Shown here: positions 46,634-62,966 of the stretch, piece by piece | Numbering within the stretch: the stretch's first letter is position 1 | Layout: each line of letters opens with the position of its first letter | Assembly (NCBI RefSeq): GCF_009914755.1 | Contig: NC_060945.1 | Origin: the human T2T-CHM13v2.0 reference genome, Homo sapiens | Length of the DNA stretch: 64,000 nt | Direction: 5' to 3' (one strand) | The notes under the pieces: generated by a model | Told to the model about the DNA's origin: nothing | Database searches by the model: none | What the model saw: only the letters and a program-made list of their open reading frames with translations | Translations under genes and position numbers: made by a program

Positions 46634-47222
46634 TTGTCAAAACTGTTTTTAACTATTAAAAGATAAAGCACACAGATATGTTTTCTTTACTAGGTATTCC
46701 CAGAAGCACTCATAAAACTCGGAGTTTTCATATAGCAGTGATTACAGACTTGCTATTTTTATTATTCCCATTTCATAGATTAAGAGCACAAGACTCATAT
46801 TAGTGTTATTTAGCCATGTCACAGAGCCAGTTCCCAGATATTTTTTCCACTTGTTTTGTCATGAAGAATGAGAAGTAGAATCAGCATCAAGTTTGTGCTA
46901 AACAAGTACAATAATAAGAAAGCACAGCAAATGCTGACTAGACTGTAAGAATATTTTTGCTTTTAGGCTACCCAAAAAAGATAAGATATATGAGGTGATC
47001 AAAGTGAATAATTATATAAACAAGAGGAATTAGAATATGAATAAGCCAGGAAAAATAGGAATAGTCCAAAAAAACACACACACCCATTTCTTATTTAAAC
47101 TTAAAAGGAGACAAATTCATTCAATCTATATATATTTATTTTGCTACCTCAATAGAGATAAATATCTTCTCTAAGAAAAATCCCACTTTACTTAATATGT
47201 ATCACATTTACCTAACAAGTAA

Positions 47223-47944
<722 letters not shown>

Positions 47945-48056
47945 GGATTATTTTATCATTGTAGAGAATAGCTTCTAGGTTATGAGAATATTAAATAAAA
48001 TAAACTGGAGAGACTCTCAGCAGCAAACTATGGTATGTAAGTATATAGGTAAATAT

Positions 48057-48139
48057 GTATCTATCTATCTATTTATCTATCTAATCTAGCCTATCTATCT
48101 ATCTATCTATCACCTATCTATCCATCTATCTATCTATCT
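48057..48139. repeat. Interrupted (TCTA)n/(GATA)n microsatellite
   Basis: tatctatctatctatttatctatctaatctagcctatctatctatctatctatcacctatctatccatctatctatctatct. Confidence 0.9.
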
Positions 48140-48449
48140 CCTTTTCTTTCATTTATGTCTGGATCTGTACCAAACACCAGGCAGAGGAGTTAGGAGAAGT
48201 AACTGAAAAACCCATGGGTGACATCACCAACTAAAACAGGTGACAAATAATCAGCATAAAACCCAGGATACAAGAGTAATTGTCCTAATCATTGGCAGCA
48301 TAGGGCCAGTACCAGCTGGACTTAATGGCAAAGATAAAATGAAGATAAAAGGAAGTATTGTAAGATCTTAATATCAATAAACTACAACAAGAAATCATCA
48401 ATAATGCTCACTCCCAAAAGAAAAATACTTACCCTGAAGAAAAACAATT

Positions 48450-49920
48450 GGAACAAAATCAAAATTAATCAGAGAATCAGATAATCTGAGACAAGTAAGA
48501 TAATTTTTAGAAAATAATTTTTAGAAAAAAAAAATTTGAAGGTACATAAAATCAAATAGAAGTGGTACAAACTATAGTAAGAGATATAGAGTATAAAAAT
48601 AAGAGTAAAAAACAGAAATTGAGAGATTAAAAACATCTAAAAATTTTCTAAACATAGAACTTCGGCAAAGAATAGTAATACCCATGTAACGGTTATTTCT
48701 AAGAACAAAAATTAAAATAAAAAATAATATTAATTATTTGAGCATGAAGGTAAAAGGATAAGAAGTTTATATTGATAATAGACTTCTTGATAGCAACATT
48801 TTATACAGGATGATAATCAAGAAATGGTTTAATGATTATGAAACAGATAACACAGTAGCGAGATGAGATTTTATTCATCCAAACTATGAATCATGTCTAA
48901 GGAATGTAGAACATCATGAATATTTATGATTTTAAGAAACATTGTTCCTGTGATGGCTTTTTTAGAAATGTCCTACCTACTGACAAGAAGACAAACATCA
49001 TGTGAAGCTTCTGGATAAGGACTAAATATGTTTAATTTTATAATTAAGAACAAGTAATGGGGATTAAAGTGACAAAACATGATGCTATTAAGTGTGTTAA
49101 ACATGAAGAAATAATGCAACTCAACAACAAATGGAAAAAAGGAGAAGAAAAAGAAAGTAGACGAATCTTAATGACTATCTCAGGAGTATCTAACTGCCAT
49201 TAAAAAAATATGGAATTAAAGTAAATGTTAAGCAAAAAGAGAGAAGAAAGGAAAGAAAGTTTACTAGAATACAGTATTACTACTCATTGAAGAAATCAAT
49301 AGACAGTATTCAAACACACTAGAGGACTAGTATATTTTATTATAATATTATTATAAGATAATAATAAGAATAAACATAGAAACATTTATAAATACCAAAT
49401 GAGTATATCCTGCCCCTCAAATTAAAGTGTAAATACAGGGCAAGATTTTATATAAATTATTTATATAGCAAAAACTTATATAACAGAACTTAACACCAGC
49501 ATAACAGGTATATCAAAGACACAAATGGGCTTAACTCACCATTAAATGGCATACTTTTAGATTGGCTAATGGAGCAGAATCCAATCTATTCTGTGTGCAA
49601 GAAACATATTGAACAAGGCAATTCAGAATGGTTTAATGTAAAAGGAAGAGCAAAGATAGATCTTGTATGATAGCAAGATCCTGAAATAGTTGTCAGAATT
49701 TTGCTATGAGACAAGATAGAATTTAAGACAAAATAAATTTAACAGGATAAGGAAGGGAAATTTATTCTACAGAAGGATTCATGCTTCATTCTACATTAAA
49801 AATAAAATATATATTAATAACATACACAAAATTACAATTTTCATAAAGCAGAAAGAAGTTGAAAGAAGAAATAGACATTAAAACTGGAGATTTTAACATA
49901 GCTTATTAATTGGTAAGTCC
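48450..49920 (+). mobile_element. Ancient L1M: ORF1/inter-ORF remnant and start of ORF2 endonuclease
   Basis: aatgggcttaactcaccattaaa (NGLNSP), gattggcta, ctattctgtgtgcaagaaacatatt (C.QET.L) around 49520-49610. Confidence 0.6.
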
Positions 49921-49976
49921 TTGAAGAATGCAAATAAGCCTCACTTTTACTAATTAAAAAAAATTAACACAAATAC

Positions 49977-50377
49977 TGACAAAGACTCCTTCATCAAACT
50001 TTAGTCAGATTTTTGAGCTCTCGTCTCAACTAGATCTTCACCTAGGCCCCTTGCCTAGTCTCCATAGCTCACTTTTAACAAGAATCCTTAAGTCCATATA
50101 GACAGAATCTTGATATCTGATCACCCTGAGCTGCCTTCAGCAAGAATCCTGTTAATTTGGTTTAGCAAGAGTTCCCCTACTTTTGATGTCTCCTCTTAGT
50201 AATTTTCCATCCACTGACCCCCTCACACTGCTCTTTTGCTATAAATTTCCATGCGTGCTTGTATTTGGAATTGAGCTCCTTTCTCTACTAAAGTCTCTTT
50301 TCCTGTGTTGCAATAATTTCTGAATAAAATCTTTCTTTACTGCTTTAATTACCCTCTGGCTCTGGTTCTCTTTGACA
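49977..50377 (+). mobile_element. MER31-type ERV1 solo LTR
   Basis: tgacaaagactc...caaactttagtcag...cagcaagaatcctgtt...gtctcctcttagtaattttccatccactgacc...ctttgaca; near-TSD atac/ttac. Confidence 0.85.
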
Positions 50378-50454
50378 TTACTCTTTGAAGAATCACTTTA
50401 GGGGAAAAGAATAAATGCAAGAAGACAAAGGCAGAGACTATTATCCAAATATAG

Positions 50455-52601
<2,147 letters not shown>

Positions 52602-52641
52602 GAATGGAGATAATGATGATGGTAATGTCTTGGATACTGAT

Positions 52642-53012
52642 TGCAATGGACTGCATGTCTGTTGCCACCCTGTCTCTGAAACTTATAGGTGGAAATCCTA
52701 ACCCTTAATATGATGGTATTAGGAGGTGGGACTTTCAGGAGGTGGTTACATCATGAGGTTGGAGCCCTTCTAAATGGAACTAGTTCCCCTATATAATAGA
52801 CCCAAGAGAGTTCTCTCACTCTCTGGCATGTGAGGATACAAGAAGAAAATGGTAGTCTGCAACTTAGAAGAGAGATATCACTGAAACCTGGTCACTCTGG
52901 TACCATGGTCTCAGACTTCTAGCCTTTAGAACTGTGAAAAAATTGATTTTTGTTATTTCTAAGCCACCTAGTCTATAGGTCTTTGTGATAGCAGTCAGAA
53001 TTGACTAAAACA
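52642..53012 (+). mobile_element. MLT1A0 MaLR LTR
   Basis: gaaatcctaaccc..atgatggtattaggaggtggg...catgtgaggataca...tctcagacttctagcctttagaactgtga...gactaaaaca. Confidence 0.85.
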
Positions 53013-53540
53013 GTAATAGTAGCAATGGCGATGGAAAGAGTGAATGCATTTGATATATACTTTGAAGAAAGAAATAACAGGACTATCAGTCATGTGGATG
53101 TTTGGCATGAGAGAAATGCAAGATGGTAATTAAACAACTTTGTGTCTAAGTCTGAAGGTTGGAGAATAGGCAAAGGTAAAAGTAAAGCTATGGGAGTTAC
53201 CGACACTTATGAGCCCTTTAAAGGAATTATTTATTTTTATTGTTAAATCACCAAGGAAGGGTTGAAACAGACAATAGAAATTAATGCCAAATGAGCTGAA
53301 AAAAAAATGTGTTGCAATTAAGTTGGGAATAAAAAGCTGAGGTGGCAAGAAGAAAAGCAAGGTTGGTATATTTTTAAAGAACTCTATAATGAATAATGTT
53401 TTGAAGAGGAAGAAATTTTCAACAATTTGAAATGCTGCTGAGACTTTGGGAAATGTGAATGGTGCCCACGTAGAAGTTATTGACAGTCATTGAAACAACA
53501 CTCCCTTTAGCATTATGTATAAGAAACTAGATTAGAATGA
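53013..53540 (-). mobile_element. L2 fragment
   Basis: gtagcaatggcgatggaaagagtgaatgcatttgatatatactttgaag; tgaaatgctgctgaga. Confidence 0.45.
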
Positions 53541-54329
53541 AACAAATGGATTCTTAATTCCAGAATTGTGGAGAAATAGAAAATCTAAAAACTTATTGGA
53601 AACACAAGAAATGCAACATGAACTACAATAACCATCCATTTCAATAAAATTAGAGGATTTCAGGTTCAGGTCATGATAAAGTAGCACAAACTCACACCCT
53701 GAAGTTGGCTATAAAAGCTGGGCAAAATATGTTAGACAATTGTTGGAAGACACGGGAGAACAATCAATGTATACAGAGCTTGAGTGGGATTATTATTAAA
53801 AAGAAATAATTATAGACTATAAATTACATTCACTCAGACGTTTTTCCTCTAATAACATTTCCCAAATAGTGATGTGAAGAAAGAAAGCATACACAGAAAG
53901 TGAAATTTTACTGTGTTGAGGTGACAGAGATTAGAGTTCAGAGTATCTAGTGTGTATGGGGCTCATGAGACAAATTTCCAAGAAGGAGGTAACCACAGAG
54001 AGAGAGCCTGAATATCTGCATACAAATGCCCCTTAAGTGTGGCCAGTATCAAAGATATGTATGCACAAGGTGAGACGTCAAGAAGCCTAGCAGAAATCAA
54101 TAAATGGGAGGTTGGAGTGCTGAGTTTAGATTTCAGCTAGTGGTTTAGAGAAGAAAGAGGTTGTGGTTCAAACACTGGTAATTACAGAGGATGAGATGGG
54201 AGTGAGAAACTATATGGCTAAATGTGGTCATTCTTCAGGTTTTAGCTTTTATGCAGGGTGCTATATGCTGGTTGCTTCCAACACTGAAAAAGTTATTATT
54301 TAATTACCTACATATAAAAGATGACCATG

Positions 54330-54700
54330 AATAGGCATAAGATGAAAGTATGTCATTAATCAAAATGATGATTAATTCAATTCTCTATAATTGAGATTCA
54401 ATTAAAAAGAATATTATTCATCACATTCACAGAGTAAATGAGAAAAATCACATAATTTCAGTAGATGCAGATACGTTAAGATCTGTATCCTAACAGATAT
54501 TGATACAAAGAAGTATTTGATAAAATTCATCATTAATTTACTGTATATATATATATGCTCTTATTAAACTAGGATTTAAAAGGCACTTAATTAAGTTGAT
54601 AAAGTGTATCTTTTGAAATCCTATAAACAATATGTTATGACATAATAATGTGGGAATGTTAGAAGACTTGCTTTTAAACCTGGGAACAAGAAGAGATTCT
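54330..54700 (+). mobile_element. Ancient L1M ORF2 fragment
   Basis: gagaaaaatcacataatttcagtagatgcag, gtatttgataaaattca, aaactagga, ctgggaacaagaagagatt. Confidence 0.6.
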
Positions 54701-54701
54701 C

Positions 54702-55209
54702 TGTTATTTTCCTATGCTGCTGTAACAAATTGCCACAAAATGGGTAGCTTAAAGCAACACAGACTTTTTCTCTTATAGTTCTGAAGGCCAAAAATTCATA
54801 ATCAGTATCAGTGGTCTAAAACCAAGGTGTGATCAGCACCCTATTTTTTCCAGAGAACTCAGGGGAGAGTAATTCTAGAAATTATTCCAGAAACGCAGCT
54901 TCTAGAACTACATTTCTTGTCTCAAAGGCCACTTCTTCTATCTTCAAAGATAGCAGCGTATAATTTTCAAATATTTCTCCACTTCCATGATCACATAACC
55001 TAGATTCTATGTCAAATCTCCCTCTCCCTCACTCTTATAAGGACACTTAAGATTGCATTTAGAGCCCACCAAGATAATTCATGATAATCTTCCATCACAA
55101 AATTCTTCACTTATTCACATCTGCAAGTCTCTTTGCCATAAAGGTTACATTTACAGGTACTAAGGATTAAGACCTGACATCTCTTGAGGCCATTATTCAC
55201 CCTAACACA
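54702..55209 (-). mobile_element. MLT1C/D MaLR LTR
   Basis: gctgctgtaacaaattgccacaaa..ggtagcttaaagcaacac...cttataaggacact..gattgcatttagagcccacc...ggccattattcaccctaacaca. Confidence 0.85.
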
Positions 55210-55560
55210 GATGTCCTCTCTTGCTGCTTGTTTTACACATTGTACTTTTCTGAATACTTTTGAGAAAGTTTGCTCTAAAGAAGAAAAAAAAGTAGTTCTA
55301 TATTTGTGAGACATGTAGACTGAGGAGAATGACTATTTTTCTAATGTGATATATAAAAGCACATTTATGTGACAATAGCAATAATAGAGAAGATAAAGTT
55401 ATGCAGAAGGGAGAAGATTTGACAATAGCAAGCATGAAAGTCCTGCAGGAGAAAAGTTTGGATGGGATACTGAATAAAATTGTAATATTACTTTTTGATG
55501 CATACGTTCACACCATTTTTTCACAATGCTTCCTAGATTGCTCTGTATTTCTTTCCCATC

Positions 55561-55744
55561 TATATATATATACGCATATATATATACACATATATATACA
55601 CACACATATATATACACACATATATACACACATATATACACACACATATATACACACACATATATACACACACATATATATACACATATATATACACATA
55701 TATATACACACATATATATACACATACACACATATATATACACA
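55561..55744. repeat. Compound (TA)n(CA)n microsatellite
   Basis: ~185 bp of tatatatacacaca-type units; explains the five low-complexity ORFs here. Confidence 0.95.
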
Positions 55745-55865
55745 TTTTGACTGAAAATGATTGACTAGGATGAAAGAAAATGAGAAAGAAAAACGGAACA
55801 AGGAATTCTCAATTATATAAATAGAATATTATAATTAGTAAACCATGAATAAAAGAAGGCATATG

Positions 55866-56225
<360 letters not shown>

Positions 56226-56656
56226 CTATCTACTTCTGGAATTTCCACCATAAGGGAATAATAATGACGTAGGGGTTCACTTAAAGGACAGAACTTGTAC
56301 TTGGTTACTTATGTACACAATCTCTGCCTTACTTGCTTTTGGTGGATCGTATTGTGTCATTTCAATGTGGCCATTATTGTCTTTTATGAACATATACAAT
56401 AAAGTAATATACCTTTACATAATGTCTACATCTCTACTGTAATTTAAACTTTAATGGCTCAAAAATGCTAAATTACAAAATAGAGAAAGATGTGTGTTAA
56501 ATGCAGATTAATATAATTTAAATAATATTATATATGATAAGGGTTTGTAAAACTTAACTATTAAGATGGATAGATGAGAAAGATAGAAACCTAGAATACA
56601 ATACTAGAAAATCTAGAAACATAGTAGAGATGAGTTCAATAATTCAATTCTATATA

Positions 56657-56879
56657 AGAGGTCATCAAACTACAAAGCACAGAGCTAATCAGGCCACTGA
56701 TGCATTTTGGTAAACAAAGTTTTATTAGAATAAAGTGACATCCTTTTATTTTACTTATTGTTTATGGATACTTATGCACTACGATGGCAAATACTGGTAC
56801 TTGTGACAGAGATCACATGGCACGTACATTCTAAAATACTTAATAGTTGGCCCTTCACGAAAGGTTTTGAGAGCTACTG
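56657..56879 (-). mobile_element. MER58A (hAT-Charlie)
   Basis: caaactac...gtaaacaaagttttattagaa...ttgtgacagaga...ctaaaatacttaatagttggcccttcac. Confidence 0.75.
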
Positions 56880-58519
56880 CTCTAGGAAATCTCAGGTTCA
56901 ATGTCAGTTATGAATCAGCTTTGCTTAGCATAGCCATGTTTGAAATCCTTTCCAATGACAATAATTGTTACTGCCTCTAGACAGAAGAGTCCAATTATTT
57001 TAAGGTTTCATTATTAGGAATGGTTCATTTAATTAAGCCATAGTTGTTACTTCAAGTATAATTAATTAGTGAAGGTATATTGCTTTTATGGGATATAATT
57101 AATAGGAAAATAGGTTACTGCTCTGTGGCATAGTTAGAATTTAAATGCTGTGGCTTTATAGAATTTAAAGGTAGGGTCTGTTTATTATGAATTATGCCTC
57201 CCATCATCTAGCTCATGTGAGGTAGTTCTGGAATAGCACATTATTTATGTTTGCTGATAATTTATTTTAGATATAATGGTTGGTTAGGAAGGAGTTCATG
57301 GTGAAGAAGGTAGATGTCACAAAAACATGCCTGAAATGGTGATGGAGAAGACGAATCCGTGTATTTATTCATTTAATAAGTTATGTTGTCATTCAAGCAA
57401 ATAAAAATAGTCTTTACTCTGAACATTCATATAAAATATCTGTTGTATAATTAATCGTGTGCTTCTGAATAAAATAGATGAAAGCATAGTTTGCATTATA
57501 AGCATTAATTCATTAAAATTTACCCTGAACATTGTTATTTGGTTTTATTAGCAAGAAATATAGCACTTGGAATGGTTTTAGTAAACCATACATGTGAAGA
57601 ACTCTAGATCATAAAGAACCTAAAATACAGAATTTTCAGCATTATTATAATCTATTTAATTATACATTCAGGTTTATTTGTTACTGAAACTTAGTAACTT
57701 GATTTTGGGAGTTTTATATCGCTTCTGTGTCTTGTTTGTTTGCACAAGTTTGTTTATGGTGAAGTGCAAAGTATTTTAGTAAAAGGGATTTGAGCCACAG
57801 ATGACAAATAATTACAGGAACATATAAACTACACTTGGACTTTAAAGCAGGTTTAGATTATATTACTTTGGTTATTATTCTTTGTTTTCAAAAGGGAATG
57901 ATGGGTTATAGCTTTATGCCCAAATATTTAGGCAAAACACGACAAAAGAAGGGTGAAGAGACCTTTTATCGAATGGACAAAGTAGAAGGTAGCACTCATA
58001 AAATATACTGTTTTGTGTAATAAGTGAATGGAATCTTTACACAATTTTTTGCTAGGGTTAATTGTTTAGGAAACTTTTCTAATTGGCAACTACTTCATAG
58101 AAAAACTTGATCCAGACCTATATGTGGAACTTCCCTTTATATTAACTTGCTGAAATTATTAAAGTTAAAAGCTTGTTTTTCCAGGTTGATACTCTCAAGA
58201 CCTACAAAGACCAGCACATTGAAGCAATCAGTTGATTACCATCATGATGCCTGCGTATGTTTATTTCATGTCAGACACACCTGAGGTCTGTAATTGAATA
58301 CATAAAGAGTGCAACCATGGAAGAAACAAGGTTGGCTTGTGGTGCTCCTATGGCAGCATCAACACAACTTCAAGTGCACCATGAGCATGAGCACTGCCAA
58401 GAAAATATATTGGCTCTCAACTCTCAGAATACTGCCATGTCTAGAACTTTTGGCCTTGCCAACCACTGGGCAGTAAGAGACAGTAACAAATCACAGCAGA
58501 TACTGTTTCCTTAGAGCAA

Positions 58520-59720
58520 TTAAATTACATCAGAAAAACTAAGCTGAGTGATAACAAAACAATTTCTAAATGTCAGGAGCCTATATCAATTCATTCATAA
58601 GTTGCTCATTTCACATGTCCTTGGTGTTGCTTATGATTCTACTCATGGGTCATTGTCACCTTTATACCAGGATCTAGAGGACAAAGCAGCCACTCCAGAA
58701 CATTGAAAGTTACTGTAGTCAAGGAAAAAAAGAATGTTGTGAGGCACGCTCTGAATTTTTGCCTCTAGAAGGAAACAGACACTTTAGTCTACTAACATTT
58801 CAATAAGCAAAAGGAAATCACATTCCATAACTGAATTAAACAGGGCAGTGAGCTATATCCTACCATGTGTGTGAAGAAGCCAAAAAATATGTAAGCAATC
58901 CTAATGTTTATCACCTTAAATTTATCCATGCATGCTACTGTGGTCACTTTCACTGTAAAAGCAGTCATTGCAGAATCATCACCAGTATCTCAGTATATTA
59001 GTCAGGGCAATTAATATTAGTTTCTGAACCAAACTGCAAATATCTGTGACTTAACACAATTTTTTTTCTTCTCATTCATATAATTCAGTAGAGGATTAAC
59101 TTTCTGAAATTCCTTAAACGTTTTCACAGAATCCTCTGCATTTAATATAAAGAGGAGTATGAGAAGCATTGCATGAGGTATCTTATAGCTCAGTCTAAAA
59201 GTGGGAAATATAACTTCTACCTACATTTCATTCACCAGTGAAATGGTCTCATCCTACCTGCAATTGAGGCTGAAAAATACAGCATTTTCTTGTGGTCCAA
59301 AGAAAGAAATAATGTTACCTCACCAATCTCTGTCAAGGTCAGTCCTTCTGATGCCAAAATACCTGCTTTAATCTTCCTCCCATTATAAAACACACTGACT
59401 TCTCTCAAAATGAAAAATGCAGAGTTCTTTCAAGGTCTGGCATCCAGCTCAAAATGTAGTATCTCTGGCCACTCATAATTCTCCCAGTGAAGTCCAGATA
59501 AGGTCCTCATTTCTCAGTAAAATCTAAACTTAAAAGAATAAATATGTGTCCTGTGTACAAATATGCAACGGTGAAGTGGGAACAAGGTGGCAGCAATAAA
59601 TACATCTCTATCACCACAGTCATTTGTTCTTGACTATTTGCAAATCATTTCAGGAAGACATGGTGAAACATCCTACACTGTGAGTGGCAGAACCCCATGT
59701 GCACTGCAATCTCATTTCCT
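58520..59720 (-). mobile_element. Old MLT1 (J/K/L-type) LTR and internal fragments
   Basis: ccaggatctagaggacaaagcagccac, ataacttctacctacatttcattcaccag, gtgaagtgggaacaagg; heavily decayed. Confidence 0.45.
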
Positions 59721-59910
59721 ACCCTCCAGAGGAGTATATAAACTTTTCCTACATAAATAATGGCCACATTTTTGTATCGATACATTGTAAGTTCTAAGAT
59801 GTGTGTGTTTTTTTTTAAGAGGAATTAAAATAGAAAAGCATATACCTAAAAGATGTTCCTCGGGATATATCTGCATATATTCTCTACTCTTGTCATTTTA
59901 AATAAAAATA

Positions 59911-60160
59911 CAGTGGTCCCTTGATATCCTCAAGAGATTGGGTCCAGGACCCCAGAGGATACCAAAATCAGCACATATTCAAGTAATCCTGTGGAACCAG
60001 AGTATACAAAAAGTCAGTCCTCCATATCTGCGGGTTTTTCATCCTGTGGCTACTGTATTTTGATCCACATTTCAATGCAGATGCTGATTTTTTTAATTAA
60101 AAGAATCTCTATATAAGGGGATGCACACAGCTCAAGCTCATGTTGTTCAAGTGTCAACTG
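59911..60160 (+). mobile_element. MER8 / Tigger2-derived MITE
   Basis: cagtggtccct...gattgggtccaggacccc...tgttgttcaagtgtcaactg with TA on both sides. Confidence 0.85.
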
Positions 60161-60472
60161 TACTAACTTTTTTATTTCTGTCCAATATAATTTAAATAAC
60201 ATAATTCTGTGAACTGCATGTCATTAATTACATATACTAAGAGGTGGCGTAACAATGTGTTTAAATTCCAAGAAATGGTGGCTAGCAAATTTAATTCTCA
60301 TCTCTGCTCTGCCACAGACAAGTTCTGAAGTCTTGAGCAAATCATGAGTATCTATCTCTAGCTTACTCATCTTAAGAAGGAGCCAGTAAGTAGCAATTAT
60401 CTTTCAGTGTTCTTATGAGAAGTAAATAACCTGTACACATCAATGCTCAGAACAGAGACTGCCATGTGGTAT

Positions 60473-60971
60473 TATGTCCGGAGTTGGTTCCTGCCTGTGG
60501 GTTTGGTGGGTTCGTGGTCTCGCTGACTTCAAGAATGGAGTCATGGACCTTTCCCGTGTTACAGATCTTAAAGATCACGTGGACCCGACGAGTGAGCGGT
60601 AGCAAGGTTTATTGTGAAGAGCAAAAGGAGAAAGCTTCCACAGCATGGAAGGTGACACCAGCAGATTGCCGCTGCTGGCTGGGGTGGCCAGCTTTTATTC
60701 ACGTATTGGCCCCTCCCATGTTCTATTTTTGTCCTATCAGAGTGCCCTTTTTTTCAATCCTCCCTGCAATTGGCTACTTTTAGGATCCTGCTGATTGGTG
60801 CATTTTACAGAGCGCTGATTGGTGCATTTTACAGAGCGCTGATTGGTGCATTTCACAATCCTCTTGCTAGCTACAGAGCACTGATTGGTGCATTTTACAA
60901 TCCTCTTGCTAGACAAAAAAGTTCTCCAAGTCCCCACTCCACCTAGGAAGTCCAGCGGGCTTCACCTCTCA
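60473..60971 (-). mobile_element. LTR12F-like (ERV9) solo LTR
   Basis: Minus strand begins TGAGAGGTGAAGCC..CTGGACTTCC, ends CCGGACATA; 4-bp TSD gtat at 60469-60472 and 60972-60975. Confidence 0.92.
60690..60890 (-). promoter_or_regulatory. LTR12 U3 promoter: tandem CCAAT (NF-Y) boxes and TATA-like AATAAAA
   Basis: ctgattgg at 60791, 60815, 60839, 60881; ttttatt at ~60693-60699. Activity not shown by sequence alone. Confidence 0.6.
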
Positions 60972-61315
60972 GTATGTTCTGAATAAATTGGGCTATTAAA
61001 TATGTGATATGAATTAATCAAGCAGAGAAAAAGTTACTAGTGACAGGGAAAAGGAGAAAATATGTATTCAATATTATTTTGTAAACAATTTATAAATATG
61101 CTGCACCTATGAGTTTCTTCTCAGTACCTTAGAAACTATAACACCATGGAAAATTTTGGATAGTTTAGGGAAGTGCATTATTTGGTAATGTGAAAAATAA
61201 GATGGTCGTGATAAAGCAACTTGGGAAAAAAGAAATGGCATGAATCTTGAGAACACGTACCTTCTGAGAATTTTCATGTTTAGAAAAGAGCAAGCTAAAA
61301 ATCTGGAAGCGTATT

Positions 61316-61818
61316 TGTTCACAGGCAATTTTCAATTGGTCTCAGGCATTTCTGTGCATCTTGCAAATAGGCACTAGCTTCACATTTATTACAGGTTTTC
61401 CTTTTTAAAGATCTTTATATAGTGGATAGCCCTGGAAGATCAAGATATTGTTTATTTATGGATGAGAGAACAGATTTGTTTATTTTCAAGTAAAACGAAG
61501 ATAGTGTTTCCTCCACAGAAAACATCAGACAGGTGTGCTTACTGCTCATTTATTAAAGATTTAAGTTTCCTTTACTTGGAGTTCTTCATCTATGACACAA
61601 ACTGTGTGTAGCATCAACTTGAACTCCTTGTCATCATCTCCAGTAAACTTGAGGGAAAACAGGAACCAGAGCAAAGATGAAGCTCGTGCAACTCTGTGCT
61701 GTGCTGCAAATAATGGAAGTCTTTCTGTCTCTGACCAAACAGTTATGTGTCTTCTGCCAGCATCCATAAAACTGAAGCAGGCTAACTTGTAAGCTCAGAT
61801 CCTTCACAGTTCTTGACA
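61316..61818 (+). mobile_element. ERVL-class solo LTR (MER54/MER73/LTR53-like, family uncertain)
   Basis: TG...CA ends; gtgtcttctgccagcatccataaaactg..gcaggctaacttgt...tcagatccttcacagttcttgaca. Confidence 0.6.
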
Positions 61819-62539
61819 ATAGTCCCTAAAACTGTCTGCAGATGCACATCCCTTGGAAAAATTTTGCATCCTTTTAAGAATAATTAATATCCTAGTTAAT
61901 GACAACTATATGACAGGATAGATCACTTTAAGCTTCTACCCAGATTACTATAACTTTTAGGTAAATAATGTATATGCCACTTTTTCTAAGGTTATCTAGC
62001 CATTTTCGATGTAGAAAACAATATTGCGTAAGATAAGCTGAGCATATTTTTCACTTCGTTTTTGTTTTGCAAAACAATTTTATTGGTTTTGTTAATGCCC
62101 CAATCATCAGTACTGCTTGGTATAAGAGCCGAGTTTGAAGAATTATCATGTTGCAAATGTATTTTGTTCAGTTATTTCAAATTAGTAGACAGAATTGAGA
62201 GGTGGAAAATTTTAGAAAAATCTTGGTTAATCATACTTGGAATTTGGTTATGTAATATCTCTTTCTCTTTTGGGGAATACAAAGGTTCATAAACTAGTGA
62301 TAATCTTCACTCTTGGAACCATTAGATGCTATCATGATGTTAGCATAGAAGATAAATTTATAAGTTGCAGTGAGGTAAGGAAATAAAACACGTAAGTCTT
62401 TGAAAACAACACTATGACAGTCCTTGCAGGCTAAAACTTAGACACCAAAGCATTTTTTGTTACTTTTGGAGAATAAAAGAAGTGTGCCCCTCAATGTCTT
62501 GTGGGAGAAAATATATAGTTTGATACACTTGTCAATATC

Positions 62540-62966
62540 TCTAACTCAAAAATGATGAGTATAAGGAGTGACCCTTATTGTAGTCTTATATTTCTCTCCA
62601 ACAATTAAGAGAGTTGGTGGGGATGTTTTTTCCATGAGTTCATCCCAGGCCCCAGGAGATTTTCATCTTGTATTCTCTTTATAATCCTATCTTAGTGTTT
62701 CATCCTCATGGCTAAGTTCAGCAATACTTCTGCATTCCAGACAGTAAAATGTGTAAGAAGAGATGTAAAAACAATCGGCTTTGCCTTTATGGAGATTAAC
62801 TTAAATTTATGCTCATAATATAATTCATATTATATTTGATCAAAATTAATCACTGATAAGAGACTATAGAAGGTAATCTCCTGCTTGTGGTCATATGTAC
62901 TTAGGATTCTATTACTAAACAAAATGAAAGAATGCATTATATGCACAATTAGTGGTCTCTAGTACA
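62540..62966 (-). mobile_element. MLT1J-like MaLR LTR
   Basis: cttctgcattccagacag, ggattctattactaaacaaaatgaaagaatg; decayed. Confidence 0.45.

Larger units (their letters stand above)
60240..60998 (+). mobile_element. MIR, interrupted by LTR12
   Basis: ctctgccac...cttgagcaaatca...aatgctcagaacagagactgccatgtggta, then gttctgaataaattgggctatta after the LTR. Confidence 0.55.

Noticed and set aside
55399-55801. Overlapping ORFs rich in Y, I, H, T, C, V
   Set aside because: Translations of the TA/CA microsatellite.
60737-60937. ORF with repeated VKCTNQ
   Set aside because: Translation of the LTR12 CCAAT tandem repeats.
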